A DNA stretch of 40,375 bases from contig JAEOTB010000023.1 of NCBI GenBank assembly GCA_016840065.1, positions 1-40,375 on the forward strand, read 5' to 3'. Positions 9,300 to 19,547 of this stretch are shown here, in pieces. This DNA comes from Candidatus Hermodarchaeota archaeon (GTDB lineage: Archaea; Asgardarchaeota; Hermodarchaeia; Hermodarchaeales; Hermodarchaeaceae). Below the pieces are notes generated by a model that searched no databases, had not been told where the DNA came from, and was given only the letters and a program-made list of their open reading frames with translations. The translations under genes and the position numbers were made by a program. How positions within the stretch are numbered: the first letter of the stretch is position 1; each line of letters starts with the position of its first letter.

Positions 9300-10073
9300 T
9301 TGGTGTTCTTTGTGACAGCCCTCTGTTATCGGAGATTTACTGTTATCATTCTTTTTTCTTGTCTCCTCGCTGTAAACGCTGTATCAGGTTCTTTCAGGGA
9401 TGTCTCTGCCACCGTTATTTGGGCTGAAGATTTCGAAGATGGGAACCATGATGGTTGGACGGTTCATCTAGGGACCTTTTCAGCCGTCGATAACACACTA
9501 CGTGCAAGTGGTTTCGTCCTAAACGCGATATCACACCCGTCGTCACTCGAGACTGGAACATGGAGCATTGACCTATACTTTAGCCCTATCCCCCACTATT
9601 CGTCTATCTATATGTTCGTCGAAGATATTGGACAGGGTATTGGTAATAATGGCTATTGGCTGTACATCACCACCTTTCGCGTAACCCTCCACCTAGAAAC
9701 AGAATTTGTAACAGATCCCATAGCTAACTTCTCTTTCCCTGAACCCCTTAATGGCTGGCAACACTTCGACATCACACGTGACTCAACTGGGCTGATTCGC
9801 ACTTACATCAATGAAACCCTTTGTATGGAAGCCACTCACACAGAACACAACACCGCCAACTATTTTCTGATTCAATTGAGAGACGGCGACGCTATAGACA
9901 ATGTCGTGGTGTCTGATACAATTGACATAACACCCCCTCCCATCAGCACCGAGTTTCACTCACCACTGATTCCAATTCACTTCCTTCTAGGAGTAGCCAT
10001 CATACCAGCGGCACTTCTCTTAGCAATTCTTGTTTTTGGGATTCGTCGGAGGCCTCCTGCACCCCATACCTGA
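9300..10073 (+). CDS. Secreted, C-terminally anchored ConA/LamG-like beta-sandwich surface protein
   Basis: Signal-like N-terminus, WAEDFEDGNHDGW, WQHFDITRD..IRTYIN, IDNVVVSD, C-terminal TM followed by RRR. Confidence 0.7.
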   Translation: MVFFVTALCYRRFTVIILFSCLLAVNAVSGSFRDVSATVIWAEDFEDGNHDGWTVHLGTFSAVDNTLRASGFVLNAISHPSSLETGTWSIDLYFSPIPHYSSIYMFVEDIGQGIGNNGYWLYITTFRVTLHLETEFVTDPIANFSFPEPLNGWQHFDITRDSTGLIRTYINETLCMEATHTEHNTANYFLIQLRDGDAIDNVVVSDTIDITPPPISTEFHSPLIPIHFLLGVAIIPAALLLAILVFGIRRRPPAPHT

Positions 10074-10136
10074 AGTGGATTCCACTTGCAGAAATCCATT
10101 TGATTAGTTCATCAACACGTCTGGTCAAGCATCGTA

Positions 10137-10589
10137 TTATTTTGTATACCGCCTAAGATTCTTCAAAAACCAGGGCGGTACACGAGCATCATCGACCTTA
10201 TCAGAAGAGGGCATATACGGTTTAATATCAATGATTGGGGTGCTGTCGAATGCATCAATCTGATCAATGTAAATGCGATGCTTACCTTCATCTAAATGAG
10301 TTACCGCAACAATCGAATGACCGATAGGTGTAGGTCTAGCTGGTGACCTACTTGCAAAAACACCAGATAGTTCAGCAGCTGTTTGGGGTGGATAATCACT
10401 GAGGTTTGCTCGATCTCCAGGGTTATCTCGCCCGGTAATCCACCAGAGAATTATTAGGTGGGAGAATTTATCCAATTGTAGTGTTGCCTCCCAAAATCGC
10501 TCTAAGATTTCGATGTAAATCGAGATACCCTCTTCCTTTCTGACATGCCCAATGATGCTACAACAAAGTTCGTTAAATGTTATCACCAC
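10137..10589 (-). CDS. trmO: tRNA m6t6A37 methyltransferase TrmO/TsaA
   Basis: FSHLIILWW, GVFASRSPARPTPIGHS, IDAFDSTPIIDIKPY; start uncertain (track extends to 10685). Confidence 0.85.
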   Translation of the reverse strand: MVITFNELCCSIIGHVRKEEGISIYIEILERFWEATLQLDKFSHLIILWWITGRDNPGDRANLSDYPPQTAAELSGVFASRSPARPTPIGHSIVAVTHLDEGKHRIYIDQIDAFDSTPIIDIKPYMPSSDKVDDARVPPWFLKNLRRYTK

Positions 10590-10697
10590 TGATTGTCGAG
10601 GTACAATTCTTTGAATAGAGTTCCTCGCTATATCTGGGTCATCAATAAGGGGATACTTATAAAGGGATATCACTTTATTTCTCAAAGAGGCAGGACG

Positions 10698-11045
10698 ATG
10701 ATGGCAAAAACTACAAAGCTAGAGGGTACAGATAAAACTTCTAAAGTGAAGCGTCCGAGAAAAGCTACTAAGGTAAAGGGATCGGGTAAGGCTTCAAAAG
10801 TAAAAGCGCAAAAGATAGAGAAGGATATCAAACGTACTAATAGAAGCTATCGATTAAAGGAAAGAGAAGTCATCACCATCAAAACAGCGAAATCAGAAAT
10901 CAGAATCTTCAGGAAAGCCAAGGGCGAGCCCTTCGCAGGGCTTCTTTACGTCGAAGTATTCATCAAGGAACCAAATGCGGTTTGGGGACACAACCAGAGG
11001 GTCCTACCTGAGCAAGGTATCACAATCTTCATCAAAGAGAAGTAG
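10698..11045 (+). CDS. Lys-rich basic protein with 9-aa N-terminal repeats
   Basis: ATG at 10698 after GAGG; KTTKLEGTD/KTSKVKRPR/KATKVKGSG/KASKVKAQK followed by a beta-rich domain. Confidence 0.7.
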   Translation: MMAKTTKLEGTDKTSKVKRPRKATKVKGSGKASKVKAQKIEKDIKRTNRSYRLKEREVITIKTAKSEIRIFRKAKGEPFAGLLYVEVFIKEPNAVWGHNQRVLPEQGITIFIKEK

Positions 11046-11271
11046 CCACTGGTAATAACGATAGTTCTGTCACTCCCTCACAGCCTGTTTGTGCAGTTCA
11101 CTATTGGCGTTTTACTATACAAAACCCATGTAAAAGCGATTCCTTACCTATAGGAGCATGATCAGGCACTGGTAGTTATGGTTTCTCAAGAAAATCTCTA
11201 ATCCATTACCGCTATCGTAACCCTTTTAAAAACGGATTCATAGAAATACTATATGTGGTGGGTGATAGACT

Positions 11272-11508
11272 ATGTTTGGCAGAAGGAAAAAGCAAACACC
11301 AAGCGCAATAAAAATCGTACGCACCATAGAGTCCCAAGGACCTATGACTAGCAAAGACCTAGTTAGCACAACGAAACTAGCACCACGAACGGTTCGTTAT
11401 GCACTAAAACGGCTAGTATCACAAGGTGTTGTAGCTCGAGTTCCTAACCTTTCTGATCTGCGCCAAACTCTCTTTATGCTCCACATTCAGCGTGGAATGA
11501 ATCGCTAA
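11272..11508 (+). CDS. Winged-helix transcriptional regulator (MarR/ArsR-like)
   Basis: GPMTSKDLVSTTKLAPRTVRYALKRL..GVV..PNLSDLRQTLF; SD GGTGA; TATA-like ttttaaaa at ~11224. Confidence 0.85.
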   Translation: MFGRRKKQTPSAIKIVRTIESQGPMTSKDLVSTTKLAPRTVRYALKRLVSQGVVARVPNLSDLRQTLFMLHIQRGMNR

Positions 11509-11578
11509 ACTCCAGTTGGGGTGGGAACACCTACAACTAGGGCAATTGCTTTAACTATGATTGGAGTGAAATGTGACC

Positions 11579-12322
11579 ATGCTTCTTTTTTATCGCCGTA
11601 AGCCTAAGCTGCCAACCTCGACTGTGTACATTCCCATTCTGAAGCTCTTCCAAACCACCAACACTGGGTACAAAAACCCAGATGGCTCTACGCCTACACG
11701 AATCATAACCGATGATAGTGTACCCATCCTTCTTAGTGGCCCGAAAAGCAGGTATGGTCTTGGAATAGGACTTCATTTTATCATCATGCCAGAACACGAA
11801 ACAATCAATGTTGGACAGGTATGGAAATTTGCTCGCAACGAGATGAAAAACGCCTTAATGCGAGAGGGACTTGAGGAAAACGAAGCTGAAGTATTTGGAT
11901 GGCGTCTTATCGATCCCTTAGACCCGCCAGTGGAGGTAACAGTAGAATACGACAGCGACCACAAGCCTGTAATCAGAGACTTCCAGCGCCTTATCACCTA
12001 TCAGCTCCTACGAGGCCAAGACTTCAATGGTACACTACCCTCACTCAAAAAAATCTACCGAGAACTTGCGGAAACCTTCGCCACAGTACTTGCAGGTAAA
12101 CCCGTCAAGTCACCTCCCGAAGCCGCAGAACTACTCAAGGGAGTCAATCTGCAGAACATCCCTATCATCCTTCGCCAAGAGGATATCGAGAAACACGGTG
12201 TCCTTGATGTCGAAGGGAAAACCCGAGAACTCACTCGGTTCCTCATAATGTTTACCGAGGACAAATACCTCAAACGTGTTAATCCACAGAAGCCCGAGTA
12301 TATTCACAAGCTTTTCAACTAA
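11579..12322 (+). CDS. Hypothetical protein
   Basis: Long ORF downstream of the wHTH gene; no family recognised. Confidence 0.7.
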   Translation: MLLFYRRKPKLPTSTVYIPILKLFQTTNTGYKNPDGSTPTRIITDDSVPILLSGPKSRYGLGIGLHFIIMPEHETINVGQVWKFARNEMKNALMREGLEENEAEVFGWRLIDPLDPPVEVTVEYDSDHKPVIRDFQRLITYQLLRGQDFNGTLPSLKKIYRELAETFATVLAGKPVKSPPEAAELLKGVNLQNIPIILRQEDIEKHGVLDVEGKTRELTRFLIMFTEDKYLKRVNPQKPEYIHKLFN

Positions 12323-12340
12323 ACCTGTTAACCAAACTAA

Positions 12341-12374
12341 GAAAAAAGAAGGGAGAGGAGGGCTGATAGCCCTC
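12341..12374 (-). terminator. Hairpin + U tract terminator of the opp operon
   Basis: Minus strand gagggct-atc-agccctc then ctctcccttctttttt. Confidence 0.7.
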
Positions 12375-12398
12375 AATGATGGATTGTAGTCTTACTTT

Positions 12399-13421
12399 CT
12401 AGTCTCGCCACTGTGAGGGTTTGAAGTGGTGCCAGCAAGCGGCATAGTGGTCCTTTCCAACCTTCTTCATCGGAGGCTCCTCACGACTACACTTCTCCGT
12501 AGCCTTCTCACAACGAGTATGATAACGGCAACCCGGAGGAGGATTAATCGGACTCGGAACCTCACCAATCGGCGCACGCCGAGTGTGTGTGAGAGTCGGG
12601 TCGGGAATGGGCACAGCAGAGATTAGAATTGCTGTGTACTGGTGATGAGGATTGTCAATCACAGCGCCCACTGGACCGTACTCCACTATCTTACCGAGGT
12701 ACATGATGGCGATCCGATCGCCCACAAATCGTGCACTGGCAAGATCGTGTGTAATGTAGAGGTAGCTTAGGTCGTATTTCTTGATGAGTTCCTTCAAGAG
12801 TTGAAGTACTTCAGCTCGGATGGAGGCATCAAGCATTGATACAGGCTCATCAGCCACGATGAATTCGGGCTGCGATACTAGTGCTCGTGCTACAACTACA
12901 CGTTGTCGTTGTCCGCCGCTGAGCATGTGAGGATATCTGTAGAGGAAGTCTTCAGGCGGGATAAGCCTGACATCCTCCATTGCCATCTTTACACGCTCTA
13001 GTAACTCTTCTTGGGTGGAGACTAGGTTGTTTACTTGTAGGCATTCTGCTATGCTTTGAAACACTGAGAGTCGTGGGTTCAATGATTCGTAGGGGTCTTG
13101 GAAGATAATCTGGAGCTTCGGACGGAGTGCTTTCATTTCTCGTTTACTGAGAGTAGCGAGGTCTACTCCTTGATAGGTGATGCTACCACCAGAGGGTGGC
13201 GTTAGGTTGAGGACGCAGCGCCCTGTAGTGGTCTTACCGCATCCGGATTCACCAGCTACCACGAAAACCTCGTTTTTGTAGATATCAAAGTCGATACCGT
13301 CAACAGCCTTAACCCAAATCTGCTCACGGCTTAGCATGGCAGCTACGAGACCACGTCGGACCGGGAAGTATTTCTTCAGGCCACGAACCTGAATTATTGG
13401 TTCACCTTTAGTTTTTGACAT
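12399..13421 (-). CDS. oppF: Oligopeptide ABC transporter ATPase
   Basis: GESGCGKTT, LSGGQRQR, VADEPVSMLD, ITHD, C-terminal PPPGCRYHTRC. Confidence 0.95.
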   Translation of the reverse strand: MSKTKGEPIIQVRGLKKYFPVRRGLVAAMLSREQIWVKAVDGIDFDIYKNEVFVVAGESGCGKTTTGRCVLNLTPPSGGSITYQGVDLATLSKREMKALRPKLQIIFQDPYESLNPRLSVFQSIAECLQVNNLVSTQEELLERVKMAMEDVRLIPPEDFLYRYPHMLSGGQRQRVVVARALVSQPEFIVADEPVSMLDASIRAEVLQLLKELIKKYDLSYLYITHDLASARFVGDRIAIMYLGKIVEYGPVGAVIDNPHHQYTAILISAVPIPDPTLTHTRRAPIGEVPSPINPPPGCRYHTRCEKATEKCSREEPPMKKVGKDHYAACWHHFKPSQWRD

Positions 13422-13427
13422 AGCATA

Positions 13428-14411
13428 TCACTTCCAGACATCCTTGCCCCACATTTGTTCAGCGTGGTGGCAAGCAATAAAGTGCTTCTTACGAATCTCC
13501 CGAAACACTGGCTCTTTCTGTAAGCATACCTCTGAGGCAATAGGACAGCGAGGATGAAACCTACAACCTTCAGGTGGAAAGACAAGCCCAGGCGGAGAAC
13601 CTGGAACACTAACAAGGTGATCTGAACCAAGAAGGCTGGGTACAGATCGGATAAGCCCTTCAGTGTAGGGGTGCAGCCTCTCCTTGAAGATTGTAACGAC
13701 ATCTGCATATTCAATGATTTTCCCGGCATACATAATTGCGACACGATCGCATGCCTCTGCGATAGTGGCAAGATCGTGGGTAATCATGATTACTGAGAGG
13801 TTGTATTTCTTCTGCAGGCTCTGGATTAGTTTGAGTACTTGTGCTTCAACTGTAACATCGAGTGCGGTTGTTGGCTCGTCAGCGATGATGACCTTGGGCT
13901 CAGTCACAAGCGCCATGGCTATCATTGCGCGCTGTTTCATACCGCCAGAGAACTCGTGGGGATAGTTGTCAGCCCTAGTAGGGTCAACACCTACTGTTTC
14001 CAGCATGTCCTCCATCTTTCGGCGAGCATCGTCTTGAGATATATCTTCATGGAGCAGGATAGCTTCCATGATTTGGTCACCTATTCGGAGAACCGGGTTG
14101 AGGGCGTTCATTGCACCTTGGAAGCAGATGCTTATTTCCTTCCATCGGATTTTCCGCATCTCTTCAGGGGATCTCTGGACAAGGTCTATTCCATCTAGGA
14201 TGACTTCGCCTTCTACTACTTTGCCGGGGTAGGGCATGAGCTGGAGGATAGCATAGGCTGTGGTTGATTTGCCACAGCCTGATTCACCAGCCAGTCCCAT
14301 TGTTTCACCTCTTTCGAGGGTGAAAGAGATGCCGTCAACAGCTTTGACGGAACCCGCTTCGATGAAGAAGTGTGCCTTCAAGTCTTTGACTTCGAGCATT
14401 GGTTTTGCCAT
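13428..14411 (-). CDS. oppD: Oligopeptide ABC transporter ATPase
   Basis: GESGCGKST, FSGGMKQR, ADEPTTALD, GCRFHPRC. Confidence 0.95.
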   Translation of the reverse strand: MAKPMLEVKDLKAHFFIEAGSVKAVDGISFTLERGETMGLAGESGCGKSTTAYAILQLMPYPGKVVEGEVILDGIDLVQRSPEEMRKIRWKEISICFQGAMNALNPVLRIGDQIMEAILLHEDISQDDARRKMEDMLETVGVDPTRADNYPHEFSGGMKQRAMIAMALVTEPKVIIADEPTTALDVTVEAQVLKLIQSLQKKYNLSVIMITHDLATIAEACDRVAIMYAGKIIEYADVVTIFKERLHPYTEGLIRSVPSLLGSDHLVSVPGSPPGLVFPPEGCRFHPRCPIASEVCLQKEPVFREIRKKHFIACHHAEQMWGKDVWK

Positions 14412-14447
14412 TGATATTTTCCTCCATTAGTACATTGTATCCTCTGT

Positions 14448-16559
14448 TTACTCACTTCGTACCCTTAGACGTGGGTTCAAGATTTCGTCTACCGCGTATC
14501 CAACTAGTGTGAATGAAAGCGCTAGTAACACTATGCAGATTCCGGGGAATAGGACATACCACCAAGCTCCCTCTGCGTACGCGCCAGCTTGGGATGCCTG
14601 CATTAGCATGCGTCCCCAGCTTACGTCGTGGGGATGTGTTAGTCCGAGGAAAGCTAGTCCGGCTTCTGACAGAATTGACCCTGCTACACCAAGGGTAATT
14701 TGTGCGAAGAGTAGGGGAGTAACGTTAGGAAGAACATGTCGGAAGATTATGTAGAGATCACTAGCACCGATAGCACGGGCGGCTTCTACGTAGGCTCGTT
14801 GACGTTCAGCAAGGACCTGAGAACGTACGAGCCGCGCCGTTCCCGTCCACCCTATCAATGCTATCACCAGCACGATGTTATACCAGCCAGGCGATAATAT
14901 TGCAGCTAGTACAATCATCAGTGGTAACCCAGGTATAACCAGGAAGAAGTCAGTTACACGCATTAGAACCTCATCGACTAGACCTCCAAAGTATCCAGAG
15001 ATTAGACCAACGATTAGACCGACAAAGGTTGCGATGGCAGCAGAGAGAAGACCGACTAGCAGTGCTATGCGGCTACCCCAGAGGAGTTGTGCCCAAAGAT
15101 CTTCTCCGTATTGTCCAGCCCCGAGATTACCGAAGTAGTTTCCACGAACTTCGAGATCTAGATCATCGAAGTAGATATCTATAGTCGGTGTGTCTTCGGG
15201 AGTTGGATCGTATACGACTACACGCCAACGTGCCTCCAAGTTACCACCTACTGCAAAGGTGTCGACTAGTTGGAAGGCGTTTATGACATTATGCGGTGAT
15301 GCAGTCCAAACTCTGGACGCTGTAATCTGTGAGCCTAGAAGAATAGTTATTATTTCGTCTGTGTTCTCGACCCATATCTCTTGGGCTATTCGAACATTAG
15401 CATCTCCGATAGGTCCGGTGAAGTCCACTTTGTATTGATAGTTTAGATAAGCAGCTTGTGGTCGATCGAGGACATCCCATGAAAAGCCAAAGCCTACATA
15501 TGCTGTAGCGTTTGGATAGGCGATATTAATAGCCTCGTCGTTGAAGGAGAAGTGATAACATCCAGGGCCGCTCCCAGTGTCGAGGTCGCTTCCCTCAGAG
15601 GAACTGTATCCACTTGAGATGACTGCGACAGTTTCGGCATCAGTATAGCTAGCACCAATCCCTAGTTTCACGTCGTCGACATGGAGATTCATTTGTGGAG
15701 TATTAGGACCAGATGGGTTGTAGTATTCCATATAGATGGTTAGACTCATGTTCTCAGTTGTAGCGTCTGGGAACATGGTGTTCATGGTCGATTGTGGCAT
15801 ATTGTATTGAAAGCTTTCCCTGAAGGACCGGTTTGAGGGTAGAAGCCACTCCCGATGGGAGAATGTGTGAGAGGCTGTAGAAGTGTTAAGTATCCAGTAC
15901 ATGTTTATCTCTGCGTCTCCCATTTCGGCTTCAGTGCAATAGAATTCCATTTGGTAGGCGTATTGGAGATATACCCTAAAGGGATGAACGTCGAAGGAAC
16001 CACCTAAATCAAGGTTATCATCGAATTCGAATGTGTAACTAATGTTTTCCCAACCGTGACTGCCAGAACCTGTAGTATCTATGTAACTGAAAAGGTATGA
16101 ACCAGGACCACTACCGCCTTCTAGCGGATCAAAACCGACGGTTTCGTCAAACCCAGAACCCATCGGGGTTGTGTACCCACCTGAGTCATAACCCCATCCA
16201 GTATCATTGACTGGGATGGAAAAGTTGGAGTAAATCGCAAGGTATTCAATATATTCTAAGGATTCGCCATAGTTCCAATCGCTAGCATCGGAATCGAAAT
16301 GAGAGTTTGTTATCGGAGCAACCTCGGTAAACCCTGCAGGGTTAATACCAAGAAGCCACATAGGTGCTGAGAGTGGCGGTGCAAGATTGACACGTACCGG
16401 TTGAGGCCATGGGATTAGGAAGGGGGCGAAAAACGCCATTAATAGGAAGAACAGAATAATGCCTAACCCGACTAAACCCATTTTGCTTTTCCGATACTGG
16501 CTCCAGAATCCACCAAAACGTGCTCTATATTCACTAAATCGTGACAATGTATTCACCAA
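14448..16559 (-). CDS. oppC: Oligopeptide ABC permease with a ~400-aa extracellular insertion
   Basis: OppC_N TM, then LGAGQYGEDLWAQLLWGSR and EAARAIGAS..RHVLPN; 703 aa versus roughly 300 for a typical OppC. Confidence 0.9.
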   Translation of the reverse strand: MVNTLSRFSEYRARFGGFWSQYRKSKMGLVGLGIILFFLLMAFFAPFLIPWPQPVRVNLAPPLSAPMWLLGINPAGFTEVAPITNSHFDSDASDWNYGESLEYIEYLAIYSNFSIPVNDTGWGYDSGGYTTPMGSGFDETVGFDPLEGGSGPGSYLFSYIDTTGSGSHGWENISYTFEFDDNLDLGGSFDVHPFRVYLQYAYQMEFYCTEAEMGDAEINMYWILNTSTASHTFSHREWLLPSNRSFRESFQYNMPQSTMNTMFPDATTENMSLTIYMEYYNPSGPNTPQMNLHVDDVKLGIGASYTDAETVAVISSGYSSSEGSDLDTGSGPGCYHFSFNDEAINIAYPNATAYVGFGFSWDVLDRPQAAYLNYQYKVDFTGPIGDANVRIAQEIWVENTDEIITILLGSQITASRVWTASPHNVINAFQLVDTFAVGGNLEARWRVVVYDPTPEDTPTIDIYFDDLDLEVRGNYFGNLGAGQYGEDLWAQLLWGSRIALLVGLLSAAIATFVGLIVGLISGYFGGLVDEVLMRVTDFFLVIPGLPLMIVLAAILSPGWYNIVLVIALIGWTGTARLVRSQVLAERQRAYVEAARAIGASDLYIIFRHVLPNVTPLLFAQITLGVAGSILSEAGLAFLGLTHPHDVSWGRMLMQASQAGAYAEGAWWYVLFPGICIVLLALSFTLVGYAVDEILNPRLRVRSE

Positions 16560-16565
16560 TCTTTA

Positions 16566-17564
16566 CTAATCATAGCGGACGCGCGGGTCGAGGAAGCCAT
16601 ACATTATGTCTGCGATAAAGTTTGCAATTATCGTGGTGAGCGCCAGGATATAGAATATCGCCTGGAGCACCGGATAGTTTTGCTGCATCACGCATGCGAA
16701 TATGTAGCTGCCCAGCCCGTACCAGTTGAAGACCGTCTCTGTTAGTGTCGCCCCACCTATGAGCCCCCCGAAAGTAAAGGCTATCATCGTGACCAAGGGG
16801 AGGATAGCATTCCTCATAGCATGCTTGTACAGAACTGTACGCTCATCCACACCCTTAGCCCTAGCGGTTACAATATAGTCTTCTGTGAGGACGTCGATCA
16901 GGTTGTTACGCATGACCAACATGTAACCACCATAGGAAACCAAAGCTAGAGTAATCGATGGGAGAACCAGATGGTGCGCGACATCCATTGCGTAGAGGAG
17001 TGGGTCTTCAGGCGCAGGTGCGCTGACAGTGCCACTGTAGGGGAAAATCCCCTGACCATTGGGAAGTCTGAGATAGAAGCCGAAAACAAGTATGAAAACC
17101 ATACCGAGCCAGAATGTAGGTATGCTGTAGAATGCTAGAGCTGTTGTGACTGTGCCCATGTCGAATTTGCCTCCCCGCTTTGCCGCAGCAGCCACACCAG
17201 TTATGACACCGATGATTATCGTTAGGATAGCTGCGGTTCCCATCAGTAGGAGGGTGTTGGGTAGGCGGGCGGAGATGGATTCGATGACTGGGCGAAAGCC
17301 TTCGGTGAAGGAGTTTCCGAAGTTAAAGGTAAACATGTTGACTACGTAGACACCGAATTGTATGTGAAGGGGTTGGTCCAGTCCCCAGAGGGCTCGCAGA
17401 GTTGCGGCCAGCTCTGCCTGGTTAGCTGCTAGGTTGCCGCTGATCAGGATTGAGGCTGGGTCCCCGGGCATTAGGCGGAAAACGAAGAAGTTGAAGGTGA
17501 TGGCACCGAAAATGAGGATGATACTGTTGATGATTCGTCTTATGATAAATTCGCGCAGGCCCAT
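16566..17564 (-). CDS. oppB: Oligopeptide ABC permease
   Basis: RLMPGDP, GLDQPL..QF, EDYIVTARAKG, KHAMRNA, LDPRVR. Confidence 0.95.
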   Translation of the reverse strand: MGLREFIIRRIINSIILIFGAITFNFFVFRLMPGDPASILISGNLAANQAELAATLRALWGLDQPLHIQFGVYVVNMFTFNFGNSFTEGFRPVIESISARLPNTLLLMGTAAILTIIIGVITGVAAAAKRGGKFDMGTVTTALAFYSIPTFWLGMVFILVFGFYLRLPNGQGIFPYSGTVSAPAPEDPLLYAMDVAHHLVLPSITLALVSYGGYMLVMRNNLIDVLTEDYIVTARAKGVDERTVLYKHAMRNAILPLVTMIAFTFGGLIGGATLTETVFNWYGLGSYIFACVMQQNYPVLQAIFYILALTTIIANFIADIMYGFLDPRVRYD

Positions 17565-17960
17565 TTTTTATTTCCTCCTGTAATTAGGAAGATGATTCTA
17601 AGGCAGATTATCCACTTCATTTAAAAAAGTATGTTTTAGTGCAAGGTCGGGATTCCTCTGCCATTTTCAACGATAGCATGATTATATTTACGTAATTTCG
17701 TTAAATTTTTCGAATAAAAACGGAAGAACAGAGGTAACATTTTGTGACCTCTAGCTGTGAGCGCTTAAGGTGAGTTTTCCTTATATACTGTCAAGCTAGA
17801 ACAATCAGTTGCTGCAATGGTTGTTGATGGATAATGATGAACTTTGTAGTTCCTCGACTCGTAAATGATTCGGATTTATCCCCTTAACATCTTCGCAATT
17901 GCAGTGATAGCAAAGTTTAAAGAAAAGAATGTATTGCCACCTAAAGAGATGGGGATTTCA

Positions 17961-18527
17961 ATGCGTGAGATAACCTCTTTGAGAAAACTTCGGTATTCAC
18001 AGTTAGTTGCCCTGTTATTCATTGGTTGTACAGTTTCCTCTGCTGTTGGTATCGTTATTCTAAATAATGATTACTTCTCAGTGTTCGATACCGCGAATCG
18101 TTTCATTCCTCGCGTCACACGATTTACCAAGTCCCCCGAAGGGCCAGGAAATTCTCGTAACCTTACTTTGTACCTGAATATGGCAAATCCAGGAAGTCGC
18201 CGAATTTTCTTCTTGAGAGAAGGGGATCCTACACAACCTACGAATATAGAAATTAGAATCTGGTTGAATGGCCATTTCATAACAAGTCAAGAACTTCGAC
18301 CAGAGCTAATCTTGTTACCAGGATCGGATTATACTCTCACGGCCAATTTCACGGTCGAAGATTTGGATATACCTACAAGCTATGGATCATACATCGCAGA
18401 CGCAGAAGAGACTGGCCTTTGGAATTGGGAATTATATTATCCAATGAGAATCTTTGTTGAGTGGCTATATATCAGAGAATCTCATCTCCGAATGCCTTGG
18501 TCAGGAATTGAGGTGCCAGTACAATGA
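17961..18527 (+). CDS. Single-TM protein with an extracellular beta domain
   Basis: N-terminal TM, NLTLYLNMANPGS; overlaps the next gene by ATGA; start refined from 17865. Confidence 0.7.
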   Translation: MREITSLRKLRYSQLVALLFIGCTVSSAVGIVILNNDYFSVFDTANRFIPRVTRFTKSPEGPGNSRNLTLYLNMANPGSRRIFFLREGDPTQPTNIEIRIWLNGHFITSQELRPELILLPGSDYTLTANFTVEDLDIPTSYGSYIADAEETGLWNWELYYPMRIFVEWLYIRESHLRMPWSGIEVPVQ

Positions 18528-18979
18528 CAATATCTACAAAGAGAAAAGAAGTGCTAATGGGTCGTTTACGTATGTCGCTTGCCCTCTTGGGCGGTGGCTT
18601 GATGTTATGCCTAACAACCTATACAACACTTGTTAACTTGACAGATGCATTATGGGTCATCTTAATGGTATTGGGTGTTGGAATACTCATAGGAATGATG
18701 AGCAGCGAAATCCAATGGGCCTTAGTTCTAGCGATAGCCTCCTTTTTCATGGGAATCGTCTTCTACATCATCTCAATCATGATTCCAGTGACGTTGTTCG
18801 GTTCTGCAGCTTTAGGTGATGTGTTAATTCTCTTTGGCCTCTTTGCAGTCTTACGAGTAATACACTTACAGATTTTTGGTCTATTCATTGGCGCTTTTAT
18901 AGGTAGAGTTATTGGTCCCGATTGGTACGCTGTGGGAGTAATAGCCCAACATCAGCTCAGACCTACTAGAAAAGAATGA
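18524..18979 (+). CDS. Multi-pass membrane hypothetical protein
   Basis: Four to five hydrophobic segments; translationally coupled to the upstream gene. Confidence 0.75.
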   Translation: MTISTKRKEVLMGRLRMSLALLGGGLMLCLTTYTTLVNLTDALWVILMVLGVGILIGMMSSEIQWALVLAIASFFMGIVFYIISIMIPVTLFGSAALGDVLILFGLFAVLRVIHLQIFGLFIGAFIGRVIGPDWYAVGVIAQHQLRPTRKE

Positions 18980-19103
18980 AACTGAAAACCCAGGCTAGAG
19001 CAAAAGAACTGTATCAAAAGAGGAATTGTAATACGAAGACAGACACCTGAAACTGATTCCAAGGCCATCCTTTAACTGGATGGAATCCATCTCTTCTTAT
19101 TTT

Positions 19104-19379
19104 CTATTCCCGAACGAATCGTTTTCCAGGAACCCTTACTAGAGTCATTACCCACACGCCCATCAGGAATCCAACAAACACTCCAACCGCTACAAGAATT
19201 TCAGCCCAGAGGAGAAGGGGATAATTCTGAGGCGAGTTCGTATACACTATTATCCACATGACTATTCCGCACAGAATCATCGAAAGAGGTATCAGGAACG
19301 CCTTGAAATTAAATGCCGATAAGGGAGAGGGGCGGCGTCGAGGTTTACCAAAACTCGCCGATGTAGGTCTTACTGTCAT
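19104..19379 (-). CDS. Two-TM hypothetical protein
   Basis: Basic N-terminus and two hydrophobic helices. Confidence 0.6.
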   Translation of the reverse strand: MTVRPTSASFGKPRRRPSPLSAFNFKAFLIPLSMILCGIVMWIIVYTNSPQNYPLLLWAEILVAVGVFVGFLMGVWVMTLVRVPGKRFVRE

Positions 19380-19547
19380 AATACCTGATGTGTTCAGTAT
19401 TACAGCCCACATTATAATCGAGGAAAATGTGAGTAGGTACCCGCTGAAAAAGATGACGCTATCAGCACAACCTGTTCAACGAAGAGAAAAGTAGGTTTCG
19501 ACAAATTAAAAACCTGATTATACTCTCCCTTATAGGAGGCAATAATA

